Assembly (NCBI GenBank): GCA_024679065.1
Contig: JAGIQG010000001.1
Location: 126,046,001-126,110,000, forward strand
DNA length: 64,000 nt
Reading direction: 5' to 3'
Source: Sphyrna mokarran
Lineage: Eukaryota
Within the stretch, counting starts at the first letter, position 1; every line of letters begins with the position of its first letter. The notes beneath the pieces were generated by a model, which made no database searches, had not been told where the DNA came from, and worked only from the letters and a program-made list of their open reading frames with translations. The translations under genes and the position numbers were made by a program. This document shows, piece after piece, positions 63,950 to 64,000 of the stretch.

Positions 63950-64000
63950 GTAAGTTGCTCATGTCTTACGGCAGTTCATAGAAAAGTAATTAAACGTAAG

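Overview
Eukaryotic, repeat-rich vertebrate DNA, most likely from a cartilaginous fish (shark), judged by HE1/V-SINE-like and SacSINE1/DeuSINE-like SINEs, abundant CR1, Rex1 and Penelope-like elements. Two genes diverge. A CpG island at about 8.8-9.3 kb holds a 13-nt first coding exon (MSTS-) on the minus strand, probably ABLIM2. The 5' part of SH3TC1 lies on the plus strand, with six well-supported coding exons plus one candidate from 43.8 kb to the window end. Most listed ORFs are transposon debris or chance frames. The most unusual object is at 40708-41425: two head-to-head copies of a roughly 310-bp poly(A)-tailed element. Each copy starts with U2 snRNA nt 1-39, carries a second internal U2 segment fused to an octamer motif, and has a hairpin-repeat body. 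It is a candidate shark U2-snRNA-headed SINE or ncRNA family. Also notable are a palindromic double-hammerhead Penelope derivative, a SINE caught in a template-switch inverted duplication, SINEs with swapped LINE tails, and an apparently retained N-terminal SH3-like domain in SH3TC1. All assignments are by eye and from remembered consensus sequences. Repeat boundaries are approximate unless a target-site duplication (TSD) is given.
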